The translations under genes and the position numbers were made by a program. DNA of 64,000 nt from Patescibacteria group bacterium (GTDB lineage Bacteria; Patescibacteriota; Minisyncoccia; Phycocordibacterales; UBA918): the NCBI GenBank assembly GCA_019745315.1, contig JAIETH010000001.1, positions 13,049-77,048 on the forward strand. Reading direction: 5' to 3'. The notes beneath the pieces were generated by a model. That model worked only from the letters and a program-made list of their open reading frames with translations, was not told the origin of the DNA and did not search any database. Numbering within the stretch: position 1 is the first letter of the stretch; each line of letters begins with the position of its first letter. Shown in pieces: positions 1-9,133 of this stretch.

Positions 1-83
1 ACACACTTATTTATATTTGCAAGTTTTTATAAAATGTTTTTAGGAGATTCTTAGAGTATTTAGAACTTTGCTATACTTTAAAA

Positions 84-989
84 ATGAACAACTCAACTCT
101 AATAATTAACGGAGAAGAATATACCTTTGTAAAAGTGAGGAGTCATATGCCTATTTCTATATACAAAGGCACAGATACCTATCTCAGAATCGGACCAAAG
201 AATTTGATTGAACAAGAAATTAACTATCACAAGAATCTTTTAAAATTTGGTTTTCCTATACCAGAAATTTTACATGAAGGCACATATGAAGATTTGTGCT
301 ATTTTACAGAATCTTCGTTTGGCGATGAGCACCTAGGTCAAATTTTTGGATCAAATGCTATAAACTCCATAGTTTCGGATGATGATTTTTCGAAGCTATT
401 GAATGTAGTAAAAATATTTGCCCAAGCTCAAATAAAAACTATAGGAACGCAGGCATTTATATTTAAAGATTTTAAAGAATTAATTAAACTTGATGTGTTG
501 CTGGAAGAATTGCCTTTACTTGGTAAAGACACACTCAAAGCACTAGAAAAAGTTGAAGATCGAATTACTCAACTACCCTCTGCTTTAACGCATGGAGACT
601 TTAATCCATACAATATCTTTGAAAAAGGTGTTATTGATTGGGAAAGAGGTTCATACTCTCCTTTAGGATACGACTTGGTTACGAATATCTCACAGACTTT
701 CTTCTTTCCTTTGGGAGGAGATTATGAATATAGCGCTCGATATCGTTACTCATCAAAGCAAGTGGAGGAATACTGGCAGGCGATAGATGAGGTCTGTACG
801 GAAGCCGGTATTCATTCAATATCTGAATATAGAAATGACTTTATATTTTGTCGAAGCGTCTGGTCAGCGGTGCGTATGCATCAGTGGCCAAAGATTCAAG
901 AATGGCGGTATCGACAGTATGAAGCGCTTCTGGGGATATACTTGAATGATGGAGATCTTACGTACTTTTTAAGTGATTATAAAGCCTAA
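84..989 (+). CDS. phosphotransferase-family protein (APH/choline-kinase-like kinase fold)
   Basis: Carries an HGDFNPYN motif, matching the Brenner HGDxxxxN catalytic motif of aminoglycoside/choline kinase-like phosphotransferases. The 301-aa ORF has a clean start. Confidence 0.5.
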   Translation: MNNSTLIINGEEYTFVKVRSHMPISIYKGTDTYLRIGPKNLIEQEINYHKNLLKFGFPIPEILHEGTYEDLCYFTESSFGDEHLGQIFGSNAINSIVSDDDFSKLLNVVKIFAQAQIKTIGTQAFIFKDFKELIKLDVLLEELPLLGKDTLKALEKVEDRITQLPSALTHGDFNPYNIFEKGVIDWERGSYSPLGYDLVTNISQTFFFPLGGDYEYSARYRYSSKQVEEYWQAIDEVCTEAGIHSISEYRNDFIFCRSVWSAVRMHQWPKIQEWRYRQYEALLGIYLNDGDLTYFLSDYKA

Positions 990-1010
990 GCTTTTTAAGA
1001 TATATACTTT

Positions 1011-1559
1011 ATGCAACCAGAAAAATCTTCTCACTCACACATAACCCTCCATACTGCGTCGTCGGTGTCGGTGTGGTCGTATTGGCCTATCGCTGCTATT
1101 TATGTAGTGTCGGCAGTTATATCGCTCTACACAGTGCGGTGGCATGCGTACCCTGACTACATGTCTCACCTTATGGGATTTGTACTTGTGTTTTTTGGTC
1201 TTATAAAACTTTCTGATGTGGTGGGGTTTGCGAATGGGTTTGCTCAGTATGATCCATTAGCAAAAAGGAGTATTGTATATGCGCAGACGTACCCATTTTT
1301 AGAACTATTTCTTGGAGTTCTGTTTATCCTCCAAGTATTTATTCTTCCGGCGACAGTTATAACGCTCTGTATATATAGTGCGAGCCTCTGGGGCGCACTG
1401 CGATCGCTCGCAAAGAAAGAAGAGCTTCATTGTGTGTGTCTCGGTACCTACTTTAAGTTACCGCTTTCAACGGTGACCATTATTGAAGCAGGCTTTATGA
1501 TAGGTATGTGTATATGGATGCTTGCTATGATTAAAAGTATGACTACTATGGTCATGTAA
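1011..1559 (+). CDS. polytopic membrane protein, MauE/DoxX-like
   Basis: Four predicted hydrophobic helices. The CVCLGTYF motif resembles the CGCFG motif of MauE/DoxX-family proteins. Confidence 0.35.
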   Translation: MQPEKSSHSHITLHTASSVSVWSYWPIAAIYVVSAVISLYTVRWHAYPDYMSHLMGFVLVFFGLIKLSDVVGFANGFAQYDPLAKRSIVYAQTYPFLELFLGVLFILQVFILPATVITLCIYSASLWGALRSLAKKEELHCVCLGTYFKLPLSTVTIIEAGFMIGMCIWMLAMIKSMTTMVM

Positions 1560-1572
1560 TATAAATAAAACC

Positions 1573-2205
1573 ATGAAAAAACAATCAATTATTGTAGCCA
1601 TTATCCTTCTCGTTGGTGCCGGAGTTGCAGTTGCATACGCAGTATCGAATGGTGGTTTTGGAGAACGTGACTCTGTGCCAATGGGTATGCACCGCATGCC
1701 AGACGGCTCAATGATGAGTAATGGTGCAGGTGACGCCATGCAAATGGGTGCAATGGATCATTCAATGATGATGGTCAAGAGTGAGCGGGAATTTCTTGAA
1801 GGTATGATTCCACATCATCAGGAGGCAGTTGATACTGCCAAAGAGGTAATTGCTCGCGGTGGCTCAACAGCAGAGATAAAGAAGCTTGCTGAAGATATCA
1901 TTGTGGCTCAAGAAGCAGAGATTGCTTCAATGAAGGGGTGGTATGAGGTATGGTATGGCATTCCATATACTGCCAATAATTTTTATAAGCCAATGATGCG
2001 AGACCTCTCTGGCCTTGAAGGAGCTGCTCTTGATCGAGCGTTTCTAGAAGATATGGTGATGCACCATATGGGAGCTATTATGATGGCGCAAAGTGTAGGG
2101 GCACATATTGAACATAGTGAAATACAAACGCTCGCAGAGACTATTGTGCGTACGCAGACAAACGAGATTACATACATGCGTCAGTTGCTTGAAGGACTAA
2201 AATAG
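1573..2205 (+). CDS. DUF305-family protein (secreted/periplasmic, Met-rich N-terminal segment)
   Basis: N-terminal signal-like helix. Two HH motifs (MIPHHQEAV and MVMHHMGAI) are typical of DUF305 four-helix-bundle proteins. A Met-rich stretch (MGMHRMPDGSMMSNGAGDAMQMGAMDHSMMM) looks like a Cu(I)-binding Met motif. Confidence 0.55.
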   Translation: MKKQSIIVAIILLVGAGVAVAYAVSNGGFGERDSVPMGMHRMPDGSMMSNGAGDAMQMGAMDHSMMMVKSEREFLEGMIPHHQEAVDTAKEVIARGGSTAEIKKLAEDIIVAQEAEIASMKGWYEVWYGIPYTANNFYKPMMRDLSGLEGAALDRAFLEDMVMHHMGAIMMAQSVGAHIEHSEIQTLAETIVRTQTNEITYMRQLLEGLK

Positions 2206-2227
2206 ATCCCACTTCTGTTGTAGATAG

Positions 2228-2719
2228 GTGGGTCATTCTTGGTATACTTGGCTTATGAAGAAAGCGCCTTCGCGGCTTACCAAGAAGACCTTCGGACTGA
2301 TGCTCCTTGTGCCTTTTGTTGTTGGTGTGTTTGTATTTACCTTTTTCCCTTCAGGTATCAATGCGTCATATATTCGTGCCAAAGAATTGATTGAAGGCAC
2401 TGTTGTGGAGGATACAATTGCTAGTATTCAGCGTGAGTACACAAAGCATTTTACGTCCATAACCATCACGCAAATAGACGGCAACAGCTTAACGCTGCAA
2501 GGAAATGCAGTGTGGGAAGCGCAAAATGAAATTGATGAGCAGATTCACATTAGAAAGATAGAAGGAGTAGTGACGCTTGTGGCGGGTGCGAGCTCGGAAA
2601 ATAAAGATGATTGTAGTGTCGAGCTTACTGTTGAAAAAGATACTGTGAAAGGCAAAGATCAGAATAGCTGTAAAGAAATGGATATGAATTTTGATGGAAC
2701 TAAAAGGGAAGCTGAATAG
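2228..2719 (+). CDS. hypothetical membrane-anchored protein
   Basis: ORF with one N-terminal transmembrane segment and no recognisable motif. Confidence 0.35.
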   Translation: MGHSWYTWLMKKAPSRLTKKTFGLMLLVPFVVGVFVFTFFPSGINASYIRAKELIEGTVVEDTIASIQREYTKHFTSITITQIDGNSLTLQGNAVWEAQNEIDEQIHIRKIEGVVTLVAGASSENKDDCSVELTVEKDTVKGKDQNSCKEMDMNFDGTKREAE

Positions 2720-2730
2720 AGTCTCACAAT

Positions 2731-2763
2731 AAAAAACCGCTTTCGAGAGAAAGCGGTTTTTTA
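2731..2763. terminator. bidirectional rho-independent terminator between convergent genes
   Basis: Hairpin aaccgctttc-gagag-aaagcggtt, flanked by an A-run and a T-run. Confidence 0.6.
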
Positions 2764-2769
2764 TGTCTG

Positions 2770-3699
2770 TTATTTGGTATGAAGGTGAACGTAGATATCT
2801 TCAAGTGCACGTACTGCGTCTCCTGTTGAGATGTTGTTTTGGTGGTATTTGATATTGGTACAGTCTCCTGCAGCCCAGATACCCGGTGTGCTCGTCTGCT
2901 GGGTCCAAGGATCGATTTTGACACGCTTAAGGTCATCGAGCTCCACGATGTCGCCAAGATACCCTGTAGTTGGCACGAGACCAATCTCAACAAAGATTCC
3001 ACTCGTTGGAAGTTCTATAATTTCCCCTTCAGCATTTTTATACTTAATCGCAGTCACAAACTTTTCTCCAACGACTTCAGTTGGAGTTGCGTTGGTGAGT
3101 GCTTTCATTTTAGGATTTTCAAGTACACGAGCAACGGTTACTGGGTCAGCACGAAATTCTGAGCTTCGGTGGAGGAGGGTAACGCTCTTAGCGTACGCGA
3201 GGAGTTGCGCAGCACTTTCAAAGCCAGCATTTCCTCCTCCGATAACGACAACGTCTTGTCCAGAGAATAGTGGACCGTCACATGACGCACAGTAGGTAAG
3301 TCCTCTCTGATCAAATTCGACAGCCCCTGGGACATCAAGCGTGCGTCGTGTTGATCCTGTTGTGATTAATACGGCGCGAGATTCAGCGGTCTCACCATTT
3401 GAAAGCGTGACCTTGAAACGCATGCTGCCGGTATCAATTTTTTCTATTTTCTCAACAAGAATATTTTCTTTAATAGTGACAACATCTCCTGCATAGGCTT
3501 TGAGATGCATTTCGAGACTTTTTCCAAGATCTGCGCCAGAAATAGATGTGGTTCCTATCCAGTTTTGAATATCAGATGATACAACGCTTTGACCACCCCA
3601 ATCACGAGTTACAAAAAGTGTTTTTAATTGTTTGCGAGATGCATATACGCCCGCTGCGACTCCGCCTGGTCCTCCTCCGATAATTACAAGATCAAACAT
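2770..3699 (-). CDS. trxB: thioredoxin-disulfide reductase
   Basis: N-terminal FAD-binding motif GGGPGG. Redox-active CASCDG (CxxC) motif. NADPH-binding motif GGGNAG. Length is typical of TrxB. Confidence 0.9.
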   Translation of the reverse strand: MFDLVIIGGGPGGVAAGVYASRKQLKTLFVTRDWGGQSVVSSDIQNWIGTTSISGADLGKSLEMHLKAYAGDVVTIKENILVEKIEKIDTGSMRFKVTLSNGETAESRAVLITTGSTRRTLDVPGAVEFDQRGLTYCASCDGPLFSGQDVVVIGGGNAGFESAAQLLAYAKSVTLLHRSSEFRADPVTVARVLENPKMKALTNATPTEVVGEKFVTAIKYKNAEGEIIELPTSGIFVEIGLVPTTGYLGDIVELDDLKRVKIDPWTQQTSTPGIWAAGDCTNIKYHQNNISTGDAVRALEDIYVHLHTK

Positions 3700-3763
3700 A
3701 GAAAAATCCTAAATGAGTACGACAGAAGCATAGCATATAACGTGCTGTCGTGTGAACGTGTAC

Positions 3764-3794
3764 AAAAAAACTGAGCGATATGCTCAGGTTTTTT
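3764..3794. terminator. rho-independent terminator downstream of ftsZ on the minus strand
   Basis: aaaaaaa-ctgagc-gatat-gctcag-tttttt, a perfect stem flanked by A and T runs. Confidence 0.55.
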
Positions 3795-3859
3795 ATATTT
3801 TTATAGAAAGTGTTTGAGAAATGAAGGAAAGCCGGTACCGTCTTCTACGAAGACCGTAT

Positions 3860-4009
3860 ACCTTGTGGCTACTTTTCTGCGCAGGCTTGAAAAGGTAGCT
3901 CGCAAGGTTCGCAGTGCCGCCTTCAGAAGGCAGGCACGTCTCTTACAGAGACTGTATACCTTGTCGGTATTTTTGTTCGCAAAAGCTCCAAAAAGTACCA
4001 GGCAAGGTT
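3860..4009. repeat. two tandem copies of a hairpin-forming repeat element of about 50 nt (a third copy lies at 36237-36280)
   Basis: Shared core accttgtGGCTACtttt...(loop)...TAGCTCGcaaggtt, with outer ACCTTG/CAAGGT arms and inner CTTTTC/GAAAAG arms. Copies are at 3860-3909 and 3958-4009. Confidence 0.5.
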
Positions 4010-4010
4010 C

Positions 4011-4075
4011 GCGGTACCGCTTTCCGAAGGTCTAAATTATTTTAATTTAGACCTTCTCAAGAAAGCGGGTACCGC
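4011..4075. repeat. long imperfect inverted repeat centred on the ftsZ stop codon
   Basis: Arms gcggtaccgctttccgaaggtctaaatt and aatttagaccttctcaagaaagcgggtaccgc. The right arm encodes the conserved FtsZ C-terminal peptide (AVPAFLRR). The left arm is its inverted, degenerate copy. Confidence 0.5.
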
Positions 4076-5284
4076 GCCCCAATCATCATCTTCATCATCT
4101 GAAGCGACTGGTCGTGGTTCACGAGGGGGTGGGGGCGGTATGTCAGACTTCTTCTCTTCACGCTCACGAATATCATCTACCTTTGGAGGTGGTGTTGGGA
4201 GAGAGTTAAAGATTCGTCCACGAGGTGCTTCTTTTTCAACGGGAGTATCTTGGGGAGCTGGCTGTACCTGGGGAGCTGCAACAGACGCACCGAAGAATGT
4301 TGGGCGACCATGTCCGCTACCACCTGAAACTTCAGGGAAGCCAGTTGCAATTACTGTTACCTTAAGCTCATTCTTCTTGAGCTTTTCATCGCGAATTGCT
4401 CCGAAGATTACCTTCGCATGAGGATCAATTGATTCAGTGATCACGCGTGCTGCATCCTGTACTTCAAGCATTCCAAGATCATCTCCTCCAGCAATTGCAA
4501 AGAGTACGCCCTTCGCTCCTGTTATTGAAACTTCAAGGAGAGGAGAATTGATTGCAGCACGAGCTGCTTCTTCCGCGCGTTTCTCTCCGCTGCTGACACC
4601 AACACCCATGAGTGCAGATCCAGCATTTTCCATAACAGAACGGATATCGGCGAAGTCGACGTTGATGATACCTGGCATCGTGATGAGGTCTGAGATTCCT
4701 TCAACAGCTTGCTTCAATACATCGTCACAAATCGCAAATGCATTTTTGATAGATGTTTCTTTATCAACGATTGCAAGAAGACGATCGTTTGGCACGATGA
4801 TAAGAGCATCAACTTCCTTTTTAAGTTCCTCAATTCCTTGCATTGCAAGACGCATGCGTTCTTGTCCTTCAAATGAGAATGGTTTGGTGACAACGCCAAC
4901 AGTAAGGGCGCCGCTTTCGCGTGCGATTTTTCCAACAACAGGAGAAGCTCCTGTTCCAGTACCACCTCCCATACCACCTGTAATAAAGATCATGTCTGAT
5001 CCTTTGAGTGCGTTTGCAATTTCTTCACGAGTTTCTTCTGCTGCACGTCGTCCCATGTCAGGATTTCCTCCAGCTCCAAGACCACGAGTGAGATTTTTAC
5101 CAATGTGAATTTTCTTTTTTGCGAGTGAGTGATGAAGGTCTTGTGCGTCGCTGTTGATTGCGATGTATTCAACGCCACGAACTTTTGCGTTCACCATGTG
5201 ATTGATCGCGTTGTTTCCAGATCCTCCAGTTCCTACAACACGAATGCGTGCGAAAGATTCAACGTCTGTTTTTATCTGTTCCAT
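4037..5284 (-). CDS. ftsZ: cell division GTPase FtsZ
   Basis: Tubulin signature GGGTGTG. Conserved C-terminal peptide DDDWGAVPAFLRR after a Pro-rich linker. The likely start is the internal Met (MEQIKTD...) at 5284; the ORF track extends to 5368. Confidence 0.92.
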   Translation of the reverse strand: MEQIKTDVESFARIRVVGTGGSGNNAINHMVNAKVRGVEYIAINSDAQDLHHSLAKKKIHIGKNLTRGLGAGGNPDMGRRAAEETREEIANALKGSDMIFITGGMGGGTGTGASPVVGKIARESGALTVGVVTKPFSFEGQERMRLAMQGIEELKKEVDALIIVPNDRLLAIVDKETSIKNAFAICDDVLKQAVEGISDLITMPGIINVDFADIRSVMENAGSALMGVGVSSGEKRAEEAARAAINSPLLEVSITGAKGVLFAIAGGDDLGMLEVQDAARVITESIDPHAKVIFGAIRDEKLKKNELKVTVIATGFPEVSGGSGHGRPTFFGASVAAPQVQPAPQDTPVEKEAPRGRIFNSLPTPPPKVDDIREREEKKSDIPPPPPREPRPVASDDEDDDWGAVPAFLRRSKLK

Positions 5285-5394
5285 ATGGTGTGTAAAAGTT
5301 AATCGCGGATACCCTCTCTTGTGGTCGCTATCATACCAGAGACCCTGAGGTTGTGCACTTATTGACACCTACACTCTTTCATGCGCTTGCCATA

Positions 5395-6564
5395 TCAAGG
5401 AAGAAATTGTTTAAACCAAGTCAGTAATGCGTTCCCTGTACGGCGCGCAATTTTAATACCACCTTCTTCTTCACCTCCAGAAACTCCCCAAATACAAAGC
5501 CCGTATGCGACTGCCCATGATGCGTCGCGCACCTTTCCGTTTTGACTTGGGTCGAGGGTTGCAATACGAGAGGGGAGTCTGAGGGCTGCGCGAGCAAGGT
5601 CTTGGATCGTAGTAATTCCTGATCCTCCGCCAGTGATGATGATTCCCGCAGGAAGAAGCCCATCTCTGTGAATGCGCTTGAGGTGCGAATCGATAAGCTC
5701 AAAAATATCTGAAAGTCGTGCGCCCACAATCTCATCAAGGCGTCGTTTTGAATATTGAGAACTGGTTGGGTTTCCGCGCTTTATTTTTTCAGCTTCTTCA
5801 AGAGGAATCTTGAGACCAAGTGCAATATCGTTTGTGATATCAGAGGAGCCAATAGGGAATACCTTAAGAGAAATAGGTGTTCCGTTTTCAAATACAACAA
5901 TAGAGACGGTTTCAGCTCCTATGTTAGCAAGGACGCAACCTGCGCGCTTTTGCGCTTTGGTGAGCATTACGAGACTTCCTGCAAGGGGTGACGCCATGAC
6001 GTCGTCTACCACAATCCCAGTGCTCTCAACTGCCTGCACAAGATCATTAAGGTGTTGTTCAAAGCAGGATACGAAGAGTGCATCAACTTCAAGCTTTGTG
6101 CCTTTCATGCCGTGAGGTCGACCGAGTACCTTTTCGCCATCGATTGAAAATCCAAGAGGAATAGCGTGGAGGATTTTACGATTTGGAATTTTGTCTGAAA
6201 TTCGTTCCTCACTATCAACCATCGCTTTATCGATATCTGTTTGTGTTATTTCTGAATCGGCACGAGAGGTAATAACTTCGCCGCGTGCGTGTATCTCATC
6301 GAGCCCAATTCCTCCGATAGAAAGGAATGCGCGATGAATAGGTTGCCCAGTTGCTTTCTCTGCTTGACTGACTGCAGAGCGGATACTTTTAAGTACGTCT
6401 GATTCATTGATGATATATCCGTGTCGAAGTCCACGAGATTCTGCAAAGCCGGTACCGACAATTTGGGGAAGTCCGCGCGCTTCATTTTTTTGTGGTGCAC
6501 GAACAACCACAACCTTGATTTGGTAGGTTCCTACATCGATGCCAGTTATATAACGCTCAGCCAT
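5395..6564 (-). CDS. ftsA: cell division protein FtsA (actin-like ATPase)
   Basis: N-terminal IDVGTYQIKVVVV phosphate-1 motif and an IITGGGS-type motif. Lies immediately upstream of ftsZ in the canonical order. Confidence 0.9.
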   Translation of the reverse strand: MAERYITGIDVGTYQIKVVVVRAPQKNEARGLPQIVGTGFAESRGLRHGYIINESDVLKSIRSAVSQAEKATGQPIHRAFLSIGGIGLDEIHARGEVITSRADSEITQTDIDKAMVDSEERISDKIPNRKILHAIPLGFSIDGEKVLGRPHGMKGTKLEVDALFVSCFEQHLNDLVQAVESTGIVVDDVMASPLAGSLVMLTKAQKRAGCVLANIGAETVSIVVFENGTPISLKVFPIGSSDITNDIALGLKIPLEEAEKIKRGNPTSSQYSKRRLDEIVGARLSDIFELIDSHLKRIHRDGLLPAGIIITGGGSGITTIQDLARAALRLPSRIATLDPSQNGKVRDASWAVAYGLCIWGVSGGEEEGGIKIARRTGNALLTWFKQFLP

Positions 6565-6597
6565 AGAGAGTGGTGTGCGAGCGCTCAGAAAAATACA

Positions 6598-6978
6598 TTA
6601 CGACAAATGATATCGTTTTGTATATCGAGCCTCGACTTCTTCCATTGTATCCCCGTGTGCGTATCCTTTCAAATGAAGTAATGCGTGAATAAATAAATAT
6701 CCGATGAAACCTTTTTCAGTCATGCCAAATTTTTGTGCCTCGCGACGTGCTTGTCGTGGATTTATATACACTTCGCCTTCAGTATCCGATAACGGAAACG
6801 ATAATACATTTGGAATGTATGTTTTATTTCGATAGAGAGTATTCAGTTTCTTGCTCCGTGTGTCGCCTACAAAAACCAACGAAAGCGCATATGATGCGCC
6901 CATGATGTCGTCGGTAATTTTTTTGAAAGGAAGAGAGGGGACGGACGTTCGTGTCGTAGAACGGAGTTCAAAAGACAT
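6598..6978 (-). CDS. ybeY: rRNA maturation endoribonuclease YbeY
   Basis: HALLHLKGYAHGD matches the HxxxHxxGxxH zinc-binding motif. Size is 126 aa. Confidence 0.8.
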   Translation of the reverse strand: MSFELRSTTRTSVPSLPFKKITDDIMGASYALSLVFVGDTRSKKLNTLYRNKTYIPNVLSFPLSDTEGEVYINPRQARREAQKFGMTEKGFIGYLFIHALLHLKGYAHGDTMEEVEARYTKRYHLS

Positions 6979-6981
6979 GGA

Positions 6982-7224
6982 CTAGTGACGTGCCTGCTTT
7001 TCTGGCACCTTACCAAGCTTCACAAGTTCTTCGTACTTGTCCTTACGAACGAGTGCTCGTAGGCGTTCCTTGCGGTGTGAGTTGCGTGACTTTACTCGCT
7101 CATAGTAGCGTCCATTACGTGTCTTCGGAACAATACCCGCTCCCTGGAGACGTTTTGTAAAGCGACGCACCAAATTAGAGGTGCTCTCGTTTGCGTTTTT
7201 CTGTACTTCTACGTTGATAGCCAT
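6982..7224 (-). CDS. rpsU: 30S ribosomal protein S21
   Basis: Basic protein with an S21-like RFTKRL...GIVPKTRNGRYYE...RK core. Start trimmed to MAINVEV at 7224. Confidence 0.7.
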   Translation of the reverse strand: MAINVEVQKNANESTSNLVRRFTKRLQGAGIVPKTRNGRYYERVKSRNSHRKERLRALVRKDKYEELVKLGKVPEKQARH

Positions 7225-7281
7225 GTCGAAAAATGTACCATGAAGCCTTCTTTTCTGCAAGATTTTAGACCTCCTGTATAT

Positions 7282-8466
7282 CTATACCCGGAGAGCCCGC
7301 TTGAGGTGGGAAACTAGGTTTCCTAAAGGTACGGTCTCTTGAGACGAGGATCGCATGTCACGAAGGATTACCGTGCCATCTACGTACTCTTTTTGACCCA
7401 AAATAATGGTGTAAGGGACTCCGTGAACCCGGGCTTTCTCAAGTTGGGTTGAGAGAGAGTCTGAGGCAAGAGATTGGTGTGCGTGAATGTGTGCGCCCTT
7501 TAATTCCTCGAGGAGGGAGAGTGTGCGAAGCTTGGGTCCAAGTCCAAGTTGAACAATAAAAATTTGAGGATCAATATGTGAGGCACGTGGAAGACGGGCT
7601 GGTAATTTACGTTCTTTGAGTGTTACCACAGCACCAACTGCCGGAATGTTTTTCTTGGTGTGCTGAAACAGAAATTCATCATATCTTCCTCCGCGCGCTT
7701 CGATAGGAAGAGCTTCTTCTCTATTTTCATGTGTATACGCAGCAATAGAGAAAAGTGTTTGAGAATAACACTGGTGATGTCCAAGAAGTCGGGCGTCTAT
7801 TTCGTAGAGTGTTTCGCTGAAGTCTAAGTATTCAATGATTTCACGAAAATGCTTCCTGCTTGATTCATTTAAATACTCAAGAGAGCTTGGGCTCTTAAAG
7901 CCGATCTCATGCTCATTCTCAATAAGGTTTGCGAGGGAAAGGAGAGCGTGCTCTTTCATTAGTTCGCGTGCGGTACTCGGTAATAGTTCTAGTCTCTTTT
8001 TAAGATAGTTGTTGAGTTCACGAGAATAGCGAGTTACTGATTCACGGTCTCCGAGAGAATTGATTCGTACATGCTGAGATGAGTCAGGTATTTCAAGATC
8101 ACGAAATAGTGATCGCACGGTGTGAATAAGGAGTGATTCTGCAATACTTTTTTCTACACCAATAACATGAAGCGCAAGTGCTATATCGTTAGTGCGAGGA
8201 ACATCTTCTATTGAGTAGAAAAGCGCTGGTTCACCAAGTCCATGAAGATTGTGTTCGAGGTAGTGTCCTGCCCCAGCTGCGAGCATTCCTTGGAGTGCGT
8301 CAATGCGTTTTTGTGGCGCAAGGATTTTTGTATCATTTTTCTTCTCACAGTTTTTACAACGGGTATCACTTTTAATATCTTCAAGTGCACGAAAGCCGTA
8401 GTGGTGAGCGGTGTGTGAAGCTTTTTTTATAAAATCTGTTGCAGAGGGTAGAGATACAGATGTCAT
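7282..8466 (-). CDS. class II aminoacyl-tRNA synthetase of the HisRS/HisZ family (divergent histidyl-tRNA synthetase-like)
   Basis: GGRYDEF motif 3 of HisRS. C-terminal anticodon-binding-type domain (YTIILGQKEYVDGTVILRDM). The N-terminal catalytic motifs are divergent. Confidence 0.55.
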   Translation of the reverse strand: MTSVSLPSATDFIKKASHTAHHYGFRALEDIKSDTRCKNCEKKNDTKILAPQKRIDALQGMLAAGAGHYLEHNLHGLGEPALFYSIEDVPRTNDIALALHVIGVEKSIAESLLIHTVRSLFRDLEIPDSSQHVRINSLGDRESVTRYSRELNNYLKKRLELLPSTARELMKEHALLSLANLIENEHEIGFKSPSSLEYLNESSRKHFREIIEYLDFSETLYEIDARLLGHHQCYSQTLFSIAAYTHENREEALPIEARGGRYDEFLFQHTKKNIPAVGAVVTLKERKLPARLPRASHIDPQIFIVQLGLGPKLRTLSLLEELKGAHIHAHQSLASDSLSTQLEKARVHGVPYTIILGQKEYVDGTVILRDMRSSSQETVPLGNLVSHLKRALRV

Positions 8467-8472
8467 AGTTGG

Positions 8473-9060
8473 TTACTTAGCGTCAGTTGATAACGGCTGT
8501 TCAAGTTCTCCCGGCAAAATCTCCATGGTTGATACGGGTAGGAGGCGAATGAGCGCTCTGCCGATAATGAGATCTTCATTGAGTGTGCCCCATACGCGGG
8601 AGTCAGAGCTCGCGTCTCGATTGTCTCCCATAACAAAGTATTCGTTTTCTCCCAACTCTTGGGTCAGAAGAGTGTCTGGATTCATCGAATCGATATATGG
8701 TTCATCCAACACAAAACCATTTGGGTTTTGTGAGTTGGTAATAGAAACAGTGGTGCGGTCAATAGTTATGGTTTCGCCGGGTAAACCGATGATTCTTTTA
8801 ATGAAAAACTTTTTAGGGTCTTTTGGATATCGAAATACAATCACGTCTCCGCGTGTTGGGGCTTCGAGGCGATAGGAGAGTTGGTCTACAATCAAATATT
8901 GACCCGTCTCAAAGGTCGGTTCCATTGAAGCGCCTTGGACTATAAATGGTTGTGCGACAAAAATTCGAATAGGTATAACTATAAGAAGAGCAATAATGGT
9001 AAATCGTATGATTTCAACAAGAAAGTTTTCTTCTTTGTGTGTCGTATCTTCTGGGTACAT
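8473..9060 (-). CDS. lepB: signal peptidase I
   Basis: GASMEPTF (the catalytic Ser box, SM-PT) and GDNRDASSDSRVWG box E. N-terminal TM helix. Start trimmed to MYPEDT at 9060. Confidence 0.85.
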   Translation of the reverse strand: MYPEDTTHKEENFLVEIIRFTIIALLIVIPIRIFVAQPFIVQGASMEPTFETGQYLIVDQLSYRLEAPTRGDVIVFRYPKDPKKFFIKRIIGLPGETITIDRTTVSITNSQNPNGFVLDEPYIDSMNPDTLLTQELGENEYFVMGDNRDASSDSRVWGTLNEDLIIGRALIRLLPVSTMEILPGELEQPLSTDAK

Positions 9061-9133
9061 ACGTAATTTGCACCAGTATATCCGTGAAAAATGTTTGACA
9101 CAAGTTTCCCTTGGCGTGCACAATAGGGATGTT

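Noticed and set aside
3814-4035. 73-aa plus-strand ORF between trxB and ftsZ
   Set aside because: The region is built from the hairpin repeat copies and the ftsZ 3'-end inverted repeat. The composition is Arg/Lys-rich, as expected from translating repeats. No start context was seen.
4140-5178. Several plus/minus ORFs (4140-4421, 4437-5108, 4522-4704, 4714-4977, 4990-5178) inside ftsZ
   Set aside because: They are antisense or out-of-frame to the well-supported ftsZ and are low-complexity (Ser/Arg/Pro-rich).
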